Shown here piece after piece: positions 1-9,338 of a DNA stretch of 64,000 bases. Numbering within the stretch: position 1 is the stretch's first letter; each line of letters starts with the position of its first letter. Origin of the DNA: Ignavibacteriota bacterium (GTDB lineage: Bacteria; Bacteroidota; Ignavibacteria; UBA10030; UBA6906). Under the pieces are notes generated by a model, which saw nothing but the letters and a program-made list of their open reading frames with translations, searched no databases and had not been told where the DNA came from. The position numbers and the translations under genes were made by a program. The DNA is taken from the NCBI GenBank assembly GCA_963801355.1, contig CAWDEM010000008.1, forward strand, positions 2,272,001 through 2,336,000, written 5' to 3'.

Positions 1-261
1 ACGGCCGATCCATCAATTGTGGTGATCGATGAGATCGTCGGCATCTGGATCACGTATCTCTTTCTGCCGAAAACCATACCGGTGATAGTGATTGGATTTC
101 TTGCATTCCGCATGTTCGACATTCTCAAGCCGCAACCGGCCCGGCGCCTGGAGAGTATTCCCCACGGCTGGGGCATTATGCTCGACGACGTCATCGCGGG
201 CATCTATGCAAACATCGCAACACAGATAGTCTGGTACCTCTGGCGAACACTCGGACTATAA
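1..261 (+). CDS. pgpA: Phosphatidylglycerophosphatase A, 5' truncated by the window edge
   Basis: Frame open from base 1: DPSIVVIDE, FRMFDILKP, GWGIMLDDVIAG motifs; adjacent to cinA. Confidence 0.92.
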   Translation, partial: TADPSIVVIDEIVGIWITYLFLPKTIPVIVIGFLAFRMFDILKPQPARRLESIPHGWGIMLDDVIAGIYANIATQIVWYLWRTLGL

Positions 262-1524
262 ATGACTGCAGAAATTCTCACGATTGGCGACGAACTGCTC
301 ATCGGCCAGGTGATCAACACCAATCAGGCCTATATCGCGGAACAGCTGAACCTGATCAACATTCGCGTGGCACGCATGCAGACTGTGGGCGATGAGATAG
401 ACGAAGTGCTGGCGGCATTCCGCTCTGCGTGGGACGCGTACGATGTCGTCATCGTCACAGGGGGGCTCGGACCGACACATGACGATATTACGAAGAAGGC
501 GGTGTGCCGATTTTTCGATACGGACCTCATCAGCAGCGAGACCGTGCGTCGCCACATCCAGGAACTCTGGAAACGCCGGAACATGCGGTGGACCCTGTCG
601 TCTGAAGAGCAGACGATGGTGCCCCGGAAGGCGGCATTGGTCGACAATCCACTTGGCACCGCTGCGGGTTTCGTATTCACAGACGGAACGAAGAGGTTCA
701 TCGTCCTCCCGGGCGTGCCGTATGAAATGAAGGAGATGATGGTCCGGTCGGTGATCCCGATGCTCCTTCCGCTGGTGGGGGGAATGTCGATACGGCACCG
801 CACGGTGAGAACCACCGGCATCGCCGAGAGCATGCTGGCCGAGCGCCTGGGAGATATCGATGCCTTACTGGAAGGAGCGAAGCTGGCCTTCCTGCCGGCA
901 CCCACCGGTGTGCGGCTCCGGATCACTGTGCATGACACTGCCCCCGGAGCGGCCGAGCAGAGGGTGCGGGAAATCGAGGACCGCATCCGCGCACGCGCGG
1001 GGGAGTTCATCTACGGCGTTGACCACGAAGAGCTGGAGGAAGTCCTGGGGAGGATTCTCACTGAACGAAGACTGTCCATTGCCGTGGCCGAATCGTGTAC
1101 CGGCGGAATGATCTTGAACAGGCTGACAAATGTCAGCGGCAGTTCAGCGTACGTCGAACGTGGCGTGGTGTGCTATAGCAACCGTTCGAAGATGGAACTT
1201 CTGGGCGTGCCGGAGCGACTGCTCACGCATCATGGTGCCGTGAGCAAGGAAGTCGCTGTAGCAATGGCCGCCGGCATTCGTCGCATCGCTGGAACAGACA
1301 TCGGCCTCTCCACCACGGGCATCGCCGGACCAACAGGCGGCACTGAGGAAAAGCCGGTGGGATTGGTCTGGATCGGCTATGCAAATGCCGCTGCGGCTTT
1401 TGCGGTCGAACACCGGTTCGGAGGAACGCGCGCCCTGATCAAAGAACGGGCTTCGCAGGCTGCACTCGATCTGGTACGGAAAAGCATCACAACGGGGAAG
1501 GAAAACAGTCGTGACATCGCGTGA
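262..1524 (+). CDS. cinA: Competence/damage-inducible protein CinA (MCF domain plus PncC NMN deamidase)
   Basis: IGDELLIGQVINTN, GGLGPTHDDIT, LPGVPYEM, VAESCTGG, STTGIAGP motifs. Confidence 0.95.
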   Translation: MTAEILTIGDELLIGQVINTNQAYIAEQLNLINIRVARMQTVGDEIDEVLAAFRSAWDAYDVVIVTGGLGPTHDDITKKAVCRFFDTDLISSETVRRHIQELWKRRNMRWTLSSEEQTMVPRKAALVDNPLGTAAGFVFTDGTKRFIVLPGVPYEMKEMMVRSVIPMLLPLVGGMSIRHRTVRTTGIAESMLAERLGDIDALLEGAKLAFLPAPTGVRLRITVHDTAPGAAEQRVREIEDRIRARAGEFIYGVDHEELEEVLGRILTERRLSIAVAESCTGGMILNRLTNVSGSSAYVERGVVCYSNRSKMELLGVPERLLTHHGAVSKEVAVAMAAGIRRIAGTDIGLSTTGIAGPTGGTEEKPVGLVWIGYANAAAAFAVEHRFGGTRALIKERASQAALDLVRKSITTGKENSRDIA

Positions 1525-2743
1525 ACGCATCCTTGCGGCTCTCCACCATCGTCAGCCTGACCGCGTGCCGGTCGATTTCTCCGGTCACCGGTCGTCCGGC
1601 ATCCACGCAATCGCCTATGCCCGTTTGCGCAAGTACCTCGGTCTTCCCGAGCGGCCGATCCGCGTGTACGACATCATCCAGCAAATGGCGGTTGTCGACG
1701 AGGATATCCTGGCCCTTGCCGGCGCGGATACCATCGAACTCGGACGCGCCTTTGCGACAGAGGACCGGTGGTGGCATGACTGGGTTCTCCCTGACGGGAC
1801 TCCCTGCCAGGTTCCTATCTGGGTCACTCCCGAACGGGATGGTGCACGGTGGGTGTTGCGGTCGGCGAGCGGCCGGATCCTTGCACAAATGCCTGACGGC
1901 GCGCTCTATTTTGAACAGACATATTACCCGTTCCTTGATGGGGTCGAGAACTTCGACGCCTTCCCCGAGGTGTTTGCGGAGTCAATGTGGACAGGCATAG
2001 CGTCCCCTCCCGGACCGATCGCCGACGGCCCGGACGGCACACGCGCGTTCATCGAAGGGGCGAAGGGACTGCGTGCAGGTACGGACAGGGCTATCCTTGC
2101 ACTGTTCGGAGGCAATCTCCTGGAGGTCGGTCAGTTCATGTACCGGAATGACAATTTCTTCATGCTCCTTGCCGGCGAACCCGAGCGGGCCCATGATTTC
2201 CTGGAACACGTGGTGGAATACCACCTCCGCAATCTTGAGAGTTTTCTCGGAAAGATCGGTCCGTTCGTCGACATCATCGTCTTCGGCGATGATCTCGGGA
2301 TGCAGACAGGGCCGCAGCTCTCGCCGGCCATGTACAGGGAATTCTTCAAACCCCGGCATGCGCGGATGTGGAAACGCGCGAAGGAACTGGCCCCTGTTAA
2401 GGTCATGCTGCACAGCTGCGGTGGAGTGCGGGAGTTGCTGCCGGATCTCATCGATGCCGGCCTTGACGCCATCAATCCGGTGCAGATTTCCTGCCGGGGA
2501 ATGGAAGCGGCGGGGTTAAAGCGGGACTTCGGAGACCGCATCACCTTCTGGGGAGGCGGTTGTGACACGCGGGAGGTTCTTTCGCGCGGAACGCCGGCAA
2601 TGGTCCGTGCACATGTACACGATCAGATCCGCGCACTGCATCATGAGGGCGGCTTTGTGTTCCAGCAGGTGCACAACATCCTGGCGGATGTCCCGCCCGC
2701 CAATATCGTAGCGATGTTCGAGGCGGTGCGCACAGCACAATAA
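1511..2743 (+). CDS. Uroporphyrinogen decarboxylase / MtaA-CmuA methyltransferase family protein
   Basis: MTSRERILAAL..PDRVP N-terminus, FGDDLG, MLHSCGG, FWGGGCDT, QVHNI; GTG start overlaps the cinA end. Confidence 0.8.
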   Translation: MTSRERILAALHHRQPDRVPVDFSGHRSSGIHAIAYARLRKYLGLPERPIRVYDIIQQMAVVDEDILALAGADTIELGRAFATEDRWWHDWVLPDGTPCQVPIWVTPERDGARWVLRSASGRILAQMPDGALYFEQTYYPFLDGVENFDAFPEVFAESMWTGIASPPGPIADGPDGTRAFIEGAKGLRAGTDRAILALFGGNLLEVGQFMYRNDNFFMLLAGEPERAHDFLEHVVEYHLRNLESFLGKIGPFVDIIVFGDDLGMQTGPQLSPAMYREFFKPRHARMWKRAKELAPVKVMLHSCGGVRELLPDLIDAGLDAINPVQISCRGMEAAGLKRDFGDRITFWGGGCDTREVLSRGTPAMVRAHVHDQIRALHHEGGFVFQQVHNILADVPPANIVAMFEAVRTAQ

Positions 2744-2749
2744 TTTCGC

Positions 2750-2778
2750 TTGACAAAGAGCAGTCGACGGTGTACCTT
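2750..2778 (+). promoter_or_regulatory. Sigma70-type promoter of the glycan locus
   Basis: TTGACA (2750-2755), 17 bp spacer, TACCTT (2773-2778). Confidence 0.75.
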
Positions 2779-2786
2779 GAGGTGAC

Positions 2787-2807
2787 TAAAGTCATCAAAT
2801 GACTTTA
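2787..2807. promoter_or_regulatory. Candidate operator for the adjacent FadR/GntR regulator
   Basis: Perfect inverted repeat TAAAGTCAT-caa-ATGACTTTA just downstream of the -10 box. Confidence 0.7.
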
Positions 2808-2827
2808 CCACTTACCGTGCTTGTCGC

Positions 2828-3550
2828 GTGAACACCCGACTGCAACGCACAGGGCTACCCGATCAGTTGGCAGAACGGCTCCAGCGGCTCATCGCGGAGA
2901 GGCACCTGCAGCCGGGTGCCCGCCTCCCTCCGATGAGCGCACTCGCTGTCCGCTTCCGTGTCGGATACCCCACCCTCCGCGAAGGACTCAAGAAACTCGA
3001 AGCACTCGGCGTCATCTCCATCCACCACGGATCCGGGGTGTACGTTCGTCAACCCGTCACCGGCATTTTTCTGGTTAACCCCATTTCCGCAGCAAGCGAG
3101 CCAACCCGAAAGGTCCTTCTGGATCTCATCGAAGCCCGTGGGGCCGTGGAGATGGGCACTATCGGGCTCGCCGCCGAAAGAATAACTCCCGCACAATCAG
3201 CGCAGTTGGAGCGTCTCCTCGAAGAGGCGCTCCGTAACCTCGAGGACCATCAGGAGCTCAACCGCATTAACATGCAGATTCATCTCTGCATCGCAGCGGC
3301 CTCCGGCAATTCCGTGCTGACACACCTCCTGGAGGTAATTCTGAACATGTTCAAAGAGCAGCAGCGCCTGCTGCTCGACATCCGCGGCTTTCCGCGGAGC
3401 GACTATGAACAGCATGTGCGGCTCGTCGATGCCGTACGGCACCGCCATAAAGCATTGGCCCTCACACGCATGCGCAAACATCTCGACGGATTCCGGCAGG
3501 CCGTCCTTGACTTGGACAGCACTCACACCAATTCCACAGAAAGACGCTAA
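2828..3550 (+). CDS. FadR/GntR family transcriptional regulator (wHTH plus FCD)
   Basis: LQPGARLP...TLREGLKKLEALGVI..HHGSGVYV; FCD-like H..IAAASGN..L and HVRLVDAV. Confidence 0.9.
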   Translation: MNTRLQRTGLPDQLAERLQRLIAERHLQPGARLPPMSALAVRFRVGYPTLREGLKKLEALGVISIHHGSGVYVRQPVTGIFLVNPISAASEPTRKVLLDLIEARGAVEMGTIGLAAERITPAQSAQLERLLEEALRNLEDHQELNRINMQIHLCIAAASGNSVLTHLLEVILNMFKEQQRLLLDIRGFPRSDYEQHVRLVDAVRHRHKALALTRMRKHLDGFRQAVLDLDSTHTNSTERR

Positions 3551-3551
3551 C

Positions 3552-6530
3552 ATGGCGACGGACATTCTGCGACGCGCACTGTTGTGCGGCCTCACGGCAG
3601 TCACGTTCTCCGGTGCGGCGTTCAGCCAGTTCGGCAAAGTGACCGGTATCATCACCGACCGCGCAACCCGCGAACCGCTCATCGGAGCAAATGTCACACT
3701 CTCTGGGACCACGGCCGGCGCTTCCACAAATACCCAGGGCGAATACTTCGTTCTCCGCGTTACCCCCGGAGTGTATATATTGCGCGTATCGCTGCTCGGA
3801 TATCACGAAGCCACGGTGAAGAACGTCAAGGTGAGTATCGACCTCTCCACACACATCAACGTCGCCCTCGATGAACAGAGCGTGGAAATCGGAGAAGAGG
3901 TGGTCATCACCGCGGAACGCCCGGTGATCCAGAAAGACGCCACCTCCAGCACGCTGTATGTCGACGCCGCCACGATATCCGCCCTGCCGGTCTCGGATGC
4001 CCGGGAGGGTATCCTCGTCCAGAGCGGCGTGTTCTTCGACCCGATCCCCGTCATGGGAGGCCTGGGCGGATCCGGCAGAGGCGAAACCCGCTATGCTGTC
4101 CGCGGCGGTACCCAGCAGGAGGTGAAGTGGTTCTACGACGGGGTGCGGACCGGCGCCCTCATCGAGGGCCGCGCCGATCGCGGCGGTTCGTACACCGGGG
4201 TCAACTTGAATGCCGTCCAGGAAATCCAAGTGCTCACGGGCGGCTTCAGCGCGGAATATGGTGACGCCCAGTCAGGTATCGTGAATGTCGTCACCAAAGA
4301 AGGGGGAGGCGGATATTCCGGATCGGTGGAATACATCCACGGCTTCGCCGGACAACACCATTTCGGCCCGTATCTGTACGACCAGACCTCTCAGAAAGAG
4401 TTCCTGGACCACCGCGTGCCCGACGGCTCACTGGACCCTGCATGGTGGACTCCATACCGGCAGCGCCAGATATATGACTACACGAACATTTCCGATCATA
4501 CGGTATATCTCAGCTTTGGCGGACCGATCTATCAAACCACCGGTGGCAAGGGAGCATTTTTTCTCTCAGCAGCCCTCAAGCGAGAAGCGTATGTTTTTCC
4601 CCACCCACGGGATACGCGGAACAATGAAAACGTCATGGGAAATTTTTCGTTCCAGCTCCAGCCGGAAATGAAACTCCGTGTCACCGGCCTCTTGGCCCAC
4701 GAAGCACACGCGACACTCCAGGAGAACGGCGACTTCGTCATGCAGGCAAAATATTACCGGGGCTGGGGATCCCTGCTTGACACCTATACCTACAGCGGCT
4801 CCGCCCAACTCACACACACGCTGTCGCCCTCACTCTTCTATGAGGCCAAACTCAGCGGCTTCCTGTTTGACAGCCGGGAGACTCCCAGCGACTATATCGC
4901 ACTCGGAGAGAGCAAGAACCCCGACTTGTTCGGGTTCCAGCGGTACGACGGCTATCAGAGCGAGCCTTTCGATGCGTACTCCTACATTCTCAACAACCAC
5001 CTGCAGAACGGTGATCTCTCCTTCACCGGCAGCGTCAGCTGGCAGGCAGACCAGGCAAATCTTCTCAAAGGGGGAGTGGAGTTTCATTATAACACGCTGG
5101 CGGAAAAGGAAGTCAGCCGGTGGCCTTCCTTTACCACAGAGCGTGCGCTCTGGCTGAACCGCGGTCTCCACGAGACCTATCATCCCCTGCAGCTTTCGGC
5201 GTATCTTCAGGACAAGATGGAATTCGAGAGCATGATCCTCAGCCTGGGAGTACGATACGACTACTTCAATCCGAATCGTGACTGGTTCTGGGGCAACAAC
5301 CTCTACAATCTCAGCATCGATCCCGAGTATTCGGTCGCACAGGACCCCGACCGGGATCAGATCGATTCTCTCGGACATGTGAAGTACGCGTTTGACAATG
5401 TGCTCAAGAAATCCCGGACCCCCTCCCCCACCTATCACATGGTCAGCCCGCGCCTCGGGGTATCCTTCCCCATCACGGAGAATACCGTCCTGCGCTTCAA
5501 CTACGGCCACTTCTACCAGATGCCGCCTCTGGACTGGTTGTATGAGTTCAATTATTTCCGTCCCATTTACATCGTGAAAAGCATTCAGGCGGAATTGGGC
5601 AATCCCAACCCGCGCCACATCCCTTCTGCCGATGGCGACCCGGAACGCGTAGTGCTCCTGACCAATCAACCCCTGCGTCCGATGAAGACGGTGTCTTTCG
5701 AAGCGGGTATCAAACACAACTTCAACGATATCGTTGTGCTGGATGTCGTGGGATTCTACAAAGACGTGACAGACCAGACGTACTCGCGGCAGGGAATCTT
5801 TGACCGTCGCATTTACGGATACGATCCCTTCAGCCGGACCACCACCACGAACACATTCTATTCCAGCTTGCTGTCAGGGGACTACGGTGACGCGCAAGGA
5901 TTCGAAGTGACCCTCCGGTCCCTCTTCAGCAATGTGGTGATGTTTGACCTGAACTACAGCTTTTCACGATCCCTGCAGGGCCGGGCATCGCCGGCGAGAA
6001 TCAATTATGACTCTCTCGGATTGACAACGTTTGTGTATGATACAGACGTTAACAGAAGGATCCCCGTGGAATCTCATTTCAGCCGCCCGCACATTGTTCG
6101 GGCAAACGTGTTGCTACGGTATCCTCAAGATGCGGGGGAGTCTTTCCTGTCAGATATTCTCCGCGATGCCAGCGCCAGCATTCTGTATCGTTTCACCAGC
6201 GGGCAGACGTTCACGTACCTCGGGCCGAACGACCCGCCCGACACATATGACAACCAGAGGTATCCTGTTTCACATACCGTTGACCTCCGCCTCGATAAAT
6301 CACTCCGGTTGGGGGGAAACCACGAGGTGAGTGTTTCGCTCCGTATCACCAACCTGTTGAACACAAAGAACGTGCGCTCCCTCGGTGACATTTTCTATGA
6401 TCCCAACGCGATAAAGAAATTTGTCGACACCGGCGAGGTCACGACAGTTGACGGTGCAGGGTACGACATCTCCTGGCAGACGTGGTACGAAACACGCCGC
6501 TTCTATTTGAGCGCGCGATACGTGTTCTAA
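3552..6530 (+). CDS. TonB-dependent receptor with N-terminal carboxypeptidase-regulatory-like domain (not SusC-type)
   Basis: Signal peptide MATDILRRALL; GKVTGIITDRATREPLIGANV; plug motif VLTGGFSAEYGDAQSGIVNVVTKEG; C-terminal aromatic strand YLSARYVF. Confidence 0.9.
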   Translation: MATDILRRALLCGLTAVTFSGAAFSQFGKVTGIITDRATREPLIGANVTLSGTTAGASTNTQGEYFVLRVTPGVYILRVSLLGYHEATVKNVKVSIDLSTHINVALDEQSVEIGEEVVITAERPVIQKDATSSTLYVDAATISALPVSDAREGILVQSGVFFDPIPVMGGLGGSGRGETRYAVRGGTQQEVKWFYDGVRTGALIEGRADRGGSYTGVNLNAVQEIQVLTGGFSAEYGDAQSGIVNVVTKEGGGGYSGSVEYIHGFAGQHHFGPYLYDQTSQKEFLDHRVPDGSLDPAWWTPYRQRQIYDYTNISDHTVYLSFGGPIYQTTGGKGAFFLSAALKREAYVFPHPRDTRNNENVMGNFSFQLQPEMKLRVTGLLAHEAHATLQENGDFVMQAKYYRGWGSLLDTYTYSGSAQLTHTLSPSLFYEAKLSGFLFDSRETPSDYIALGESKNPDLFGFQRYDGYQSEPFDAYSYILNNHLQNGDLSFTGSVSWQADQANLLKGGVEFHYNTLAEKEVSRWPSFTTERALWLNRGLHETYHPLQLSAYLQDKMEFESMILSLGVRYDYFNPNRDWFWGNNLYNLSIDPEYSVAQDPDRDQIDSLGHVKYAFDNVLKKSRTPSPTYHMVSPRLGVSFPITENTVLRFNYGHFYQMPPLDWLYEFNYFRPIYIVKSIQAELGNPNPRHIPSADGDPERVVLLTNQPLRPMKTVSFEAGIKHNFNDIVVLDVVGFYKDVTDQTYSRQGIFDRRIYGYDPFSRTTTTNTFYSSLLSGDYGDAQGFEVTLRSLFSNVVMFDLNYSFSRSLQGRASPARINYDSLGLTTFVYDTDVNRRIPVESHFSRPHIVRANVLLRYPQDAGESFLSDILRDASASILYRFTSGQTFTYLGPNDPPDTYDNQRYPVSHTVDLRLDKSLRLGGNHEVSVSLRITNLLNTKNVRSLGDIFYDPNAIKKFVDTGEVTTVDGAGYDISWQTWYETRRFYLSARYVF

Positions 6531-6541
6531 CGGAGACCGGC

Positions 6542-8374
6542 ATGACCTCTCGATTGTACATTGTTCTGATCTGCGCGGTAGCCCTCCTGGCCAGGGAAGG
6601 CATGCACGCGCAAACCCGCACCCCCGAGTTCCGTGTTCACGATCGTGGCGAGCTCTGGGAAACCATGAAAGACAACGGCCTGATCGGTGCACCGAATCCG
6701 ACCAACCGGTTTGAATACTATCCCAGCATGGATTGGCCAGGCGGACCGCACATTCTGGTCAGCAAAGACGAACAACGTTCCTATAATTACCAGGCCGGCA
6801 TGTGGATGGGTGGCAAGAAGGCCGGAGGTCAGCTGTTCTTCACTGAAAACGGCCCATTCACATTCGTTGACAACGGCACATTCTCGGCAATCACCAAAAA
6901 AACCAATTTCTTTGGTTCTCCCGGGTTCAACCCGGAGGAAGCGGAGGAAACCATAACCGCCGAATGGACGACAACAGAAGGCATGCGCGTCAAACGCACA
7001 AGCCGCAGCTGGAGCTCTCCCCCGTACAACAACTTTATACTCATCGAGTATCTGGTGACGAATCTGAACTCCTCCGCTGTCTCCGACCTTTTCCTCGGAT
7101 TCCCCTATCTCCTCCGCCCCAGTTACCAGGATTTTGTAGTACACAACGGTTGGGGAGACGATTTGAACCGTGCCGATGATCTCCCTGGGTTTGATTCCAC
7201 TCTCGCCCTGATGTATGTATATGATGACACGCCGAATTTCAGCATCCCGTCGGATGTCGGCAACTATTGGTCGAAAGCCGACGAACTCCGCACCACCGGC
7301 TTCGCCGGAGTGGCATTGATCTTCGCTGACGCTGCGACGGGCGGACGCGCGCAACCGGCCAACATCCTCTCCGCCCAGTTGTTGGGCAACGAACGGAACC
7401 TGACGCTCAGCAGTGTAACGCCGGCGAAGTTGTACGATGTGCTCACAGGAGCGGACCGGTCTCTTCAGGCTGCCTCAGATCTGCGCCTTTGCCCGTTCAT
7501 GCTGATGTCCTGCGGACCCTATACCGTCGCTCCCAACGGCATAGTCAAAATCGTCCTCGCCCAGGCGGTGAATGGCCTGCCTTTGAGTGATGCTGTTCTC
7601 GGGCTTGCGATGCAGCCTTCGCTCCCGGCAGGACTCGACTTATTGAAGGCAAGCATTTCCCGGGCTCGTGATGTGCAGGCTGGCAACAATCGTCTCCCCG
7701 CATTCCCTCCTCCCTCGCCGGACGCCGAGTATATCGCTTTGCCGACATCCCGGTCAATCTCCCTGACCTGGCCGCCGCTTGAGGATGTCTACGCCAATGC
7801 CGTGAGCGGTGCACGCAATTTCCGCGGCTACAAGGTGTATCGTAGTTCCCGGAGCTTCGTGGGCCCGTTCACGCTCATGCGGACGATTAATGCCCGCAAC
7901 CCGACCGACCGCACACGGTTCTATGACGCTGCCCTGGGCAGGTGGCGCGTGCTCGACCAATCCATCGATCTGGGCGTGACATATTTCTATGCCGTCACGT
8001 CGTTTGACAGTCTGGACAACGAAAGTGGCCTGACGAACAGGAATGAACTGGGGATCGCCGCCACAAGTCCCCCCGCCGCGTCCGCTTCCGATGTCCGTGT
8101 CTTTCCGAATCCGTTCCGCGGTGTCTCCGGCTTCCCCACCCGCGGAGAGGAGAGCTCCATTGTATGGACCAACCTCCCCGGTCTCGCGACAATCCGCATC
8201 TTCACCTCGAGCGGCGAGCTGGTGAAAACCATCAAACAGGAAAGCCTTACCTCCGGACAGGTGGTGTGGGATCAGTTATCCGATGCACGCCAGCGCGTAG
8301 CTCCGGGGATTTTCTTCTGGACGGTGGAGTCTCCCGTCGGAAGCTCCCACGGCACTCTGGTGATCATCAAGTGA
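6542..8374 (+). CDS. Secreted protein with FN3-like domain and variant T9SS-like/FlgD-like C-terminal domain
   Basis: Signal peptide; ISLTW..FRGYKVYRS..YFYAVTSFD; C-terminal VFPNPF..IRIFTSSGELVKTI..VVWD..LVIIK. Confidence 0.7.
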   Translation: MTSRLYIVLICAVALLAREGMHAQTRTPEFRVHDRGELWETMKDNGLIGAPNPTNRFEYYPSMDWPGGPHILVSKDEQRSYNYQAGMWMGGKKAGGQLFFTENGPFTFVDNGTFSAITKKTNFFGSPGFNPEEAEETITAEWTTTEGMRVKRTSRSWSSPPYNNFILIEYLVTNLNSSAVSDLFLGFPYLLRPSYQDFVVHNGWGDDLNRADDLPGFDSTLALMYVYDDTPNFSIPSDVGNYWSKADELRTTGFAGVALIFADAATGGRAQPANILSAQLLGNERNLTLSSVTPAKLYDVLTGADRSLQAASDLRLCPFMLMSCGPYTVAPNGIVKIVLAQAVNGLPLSDAVLGLAMQPSLPAGLDLLKASISRARDVQAGNNRLPAFPPPSPDAEYIALPTSRSISLTWPPLEDVYANAVSGARNFRGYKVYRSSRSFVGPFTLMRTINARNPTDRTRFYDAALGRWRVLDQSIDLGVTYFYAVTSFDSLDNESGLTNRNELGIAATSPPAASASDVRVFPNPFRGVSGFPTRGEESSIVWTNLPGLATIRIFTSSGELVKTIKQESLTSGQVVWDQLSDARQRVAPGIFFWTVESPVGSSHGTLVIIK

Positions 8375-8384
8375 GGCATGCGCC

Positions 8385-9326
8385 ATGACTCGAATATTCG
8401 CTCTGCTCTTTCTCACCCTCGTCGGTCCCGCTGCGCTTGCACAGTTCGACTACGGGTTCGAGTTTTCGAAAGCGGGAACCGCCGGTCTTCAGGCGCTCAA
8501 GATACTGCCGGGGGCGCGCGACGCCGCGCTGGCGGGCGCCATGGTCTCTCTCGCCAACGATGCCACAGCGGTATTCATCAATCCCGGGGGGCTGGCATTC
8601 GTGGATCAATCAGAAGCAGTGGTCTCACATGTTTCCTGGCTTGCCGGCAGCCGCACCGACGCAGCGGTCCTCGCAACTCCCTTCGCGGGTTTCGTGTTTG
8701 CCCTGAGCGCTGTCCGGTTCGGCATCGAGGAGTTCGAGGAAACCACCGTCCGTCAGCCGATGGGCACCGGCCGTATGGTGTCAGCCGGCGATCTGGTGAT
8801 CGGACTGGGGGCAGCCCGCCGGTTCTCTGACAAGCTGACAATCGGGCTCCAGCTCAAATACGTGCGGGAATCCCTCGACCATGACGCCGTGAACAACATC
8901 CTCTTTGACGTCGGGTCCATCTACTACACCGGCTTCCATAATCTCCGCCTCGGTTTTGCGGTGCAGCACTTCGGGCCGGACATGAAGATCATCGACCAGA
9001 AATTCCGCTCCCCCCTGCTCTTCCGCGTGGGTGCCGGTGAGGATGTGACATGGGGGGATGACCATCGTCTGACCACTGCAGTCGATCTCGTGCACCCCAC
9101 TGACAACAACGAGTGGGTCAACTGGGGCGTGGAATACGAGATGTTCAGTACCCTCAGCCTGCGCACAGGATACCGGTTTGATGTGGAGCGAGGCAAATGG
9201 AGCTTCGGTGCGGGCGTCCGGCCACCCGAGGTTGCCGGCATCGCCCTCGGTGTCGACTATGCATATTCGCACTTCGATGCAACATTCGGGGCCATTCACC
9301 AGTTCACGGTTGCCATCGCTTTTTGA
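8385..9326 (+). CDS. PorV/PorQ family outer-membrane barrel
   Basis: AGTAGLQALKILPGARDAALAG, ANDATAVFINPGGLA, VDYAY, terminal Phe; signal peptide. Confidence 0.85.
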   Translation: MTRIFALLFLTLVGPAALAQFDYGFEFSKAGTAGLQALKILPGARDAALAGAMVSLANDATAVFINPGGLAFVDQSEAVVSHVSWLAGSRTDAAVLATPFAGFVFALSAVRFGIEEFEETTVRQPMGTGRMVSAGDLVIGLGAARRFSDKLTIGLQLKYVRESLDHDAVNNILFDVGSIYYTGFHNLRLGFAVQHFGPDMKIIDQKFRSPLLFRVGAGEDVTWGDDHRLTTAVDLVHPTDNNEWVNWGVEYEMFSTLSLRTGYRFDVERGKWSFGAGVRPPEVAGIALGVDYAYSHFDATFGAIHQFTVAIAF

Positions 9327-9338
9327 GACAGAGTGGGA

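Noticed and set aside
3405-3551. Longer TBDR start at 3405
   Set aside because: Overlaps the FadR gene; the signal peptide begins at ATG 3552.
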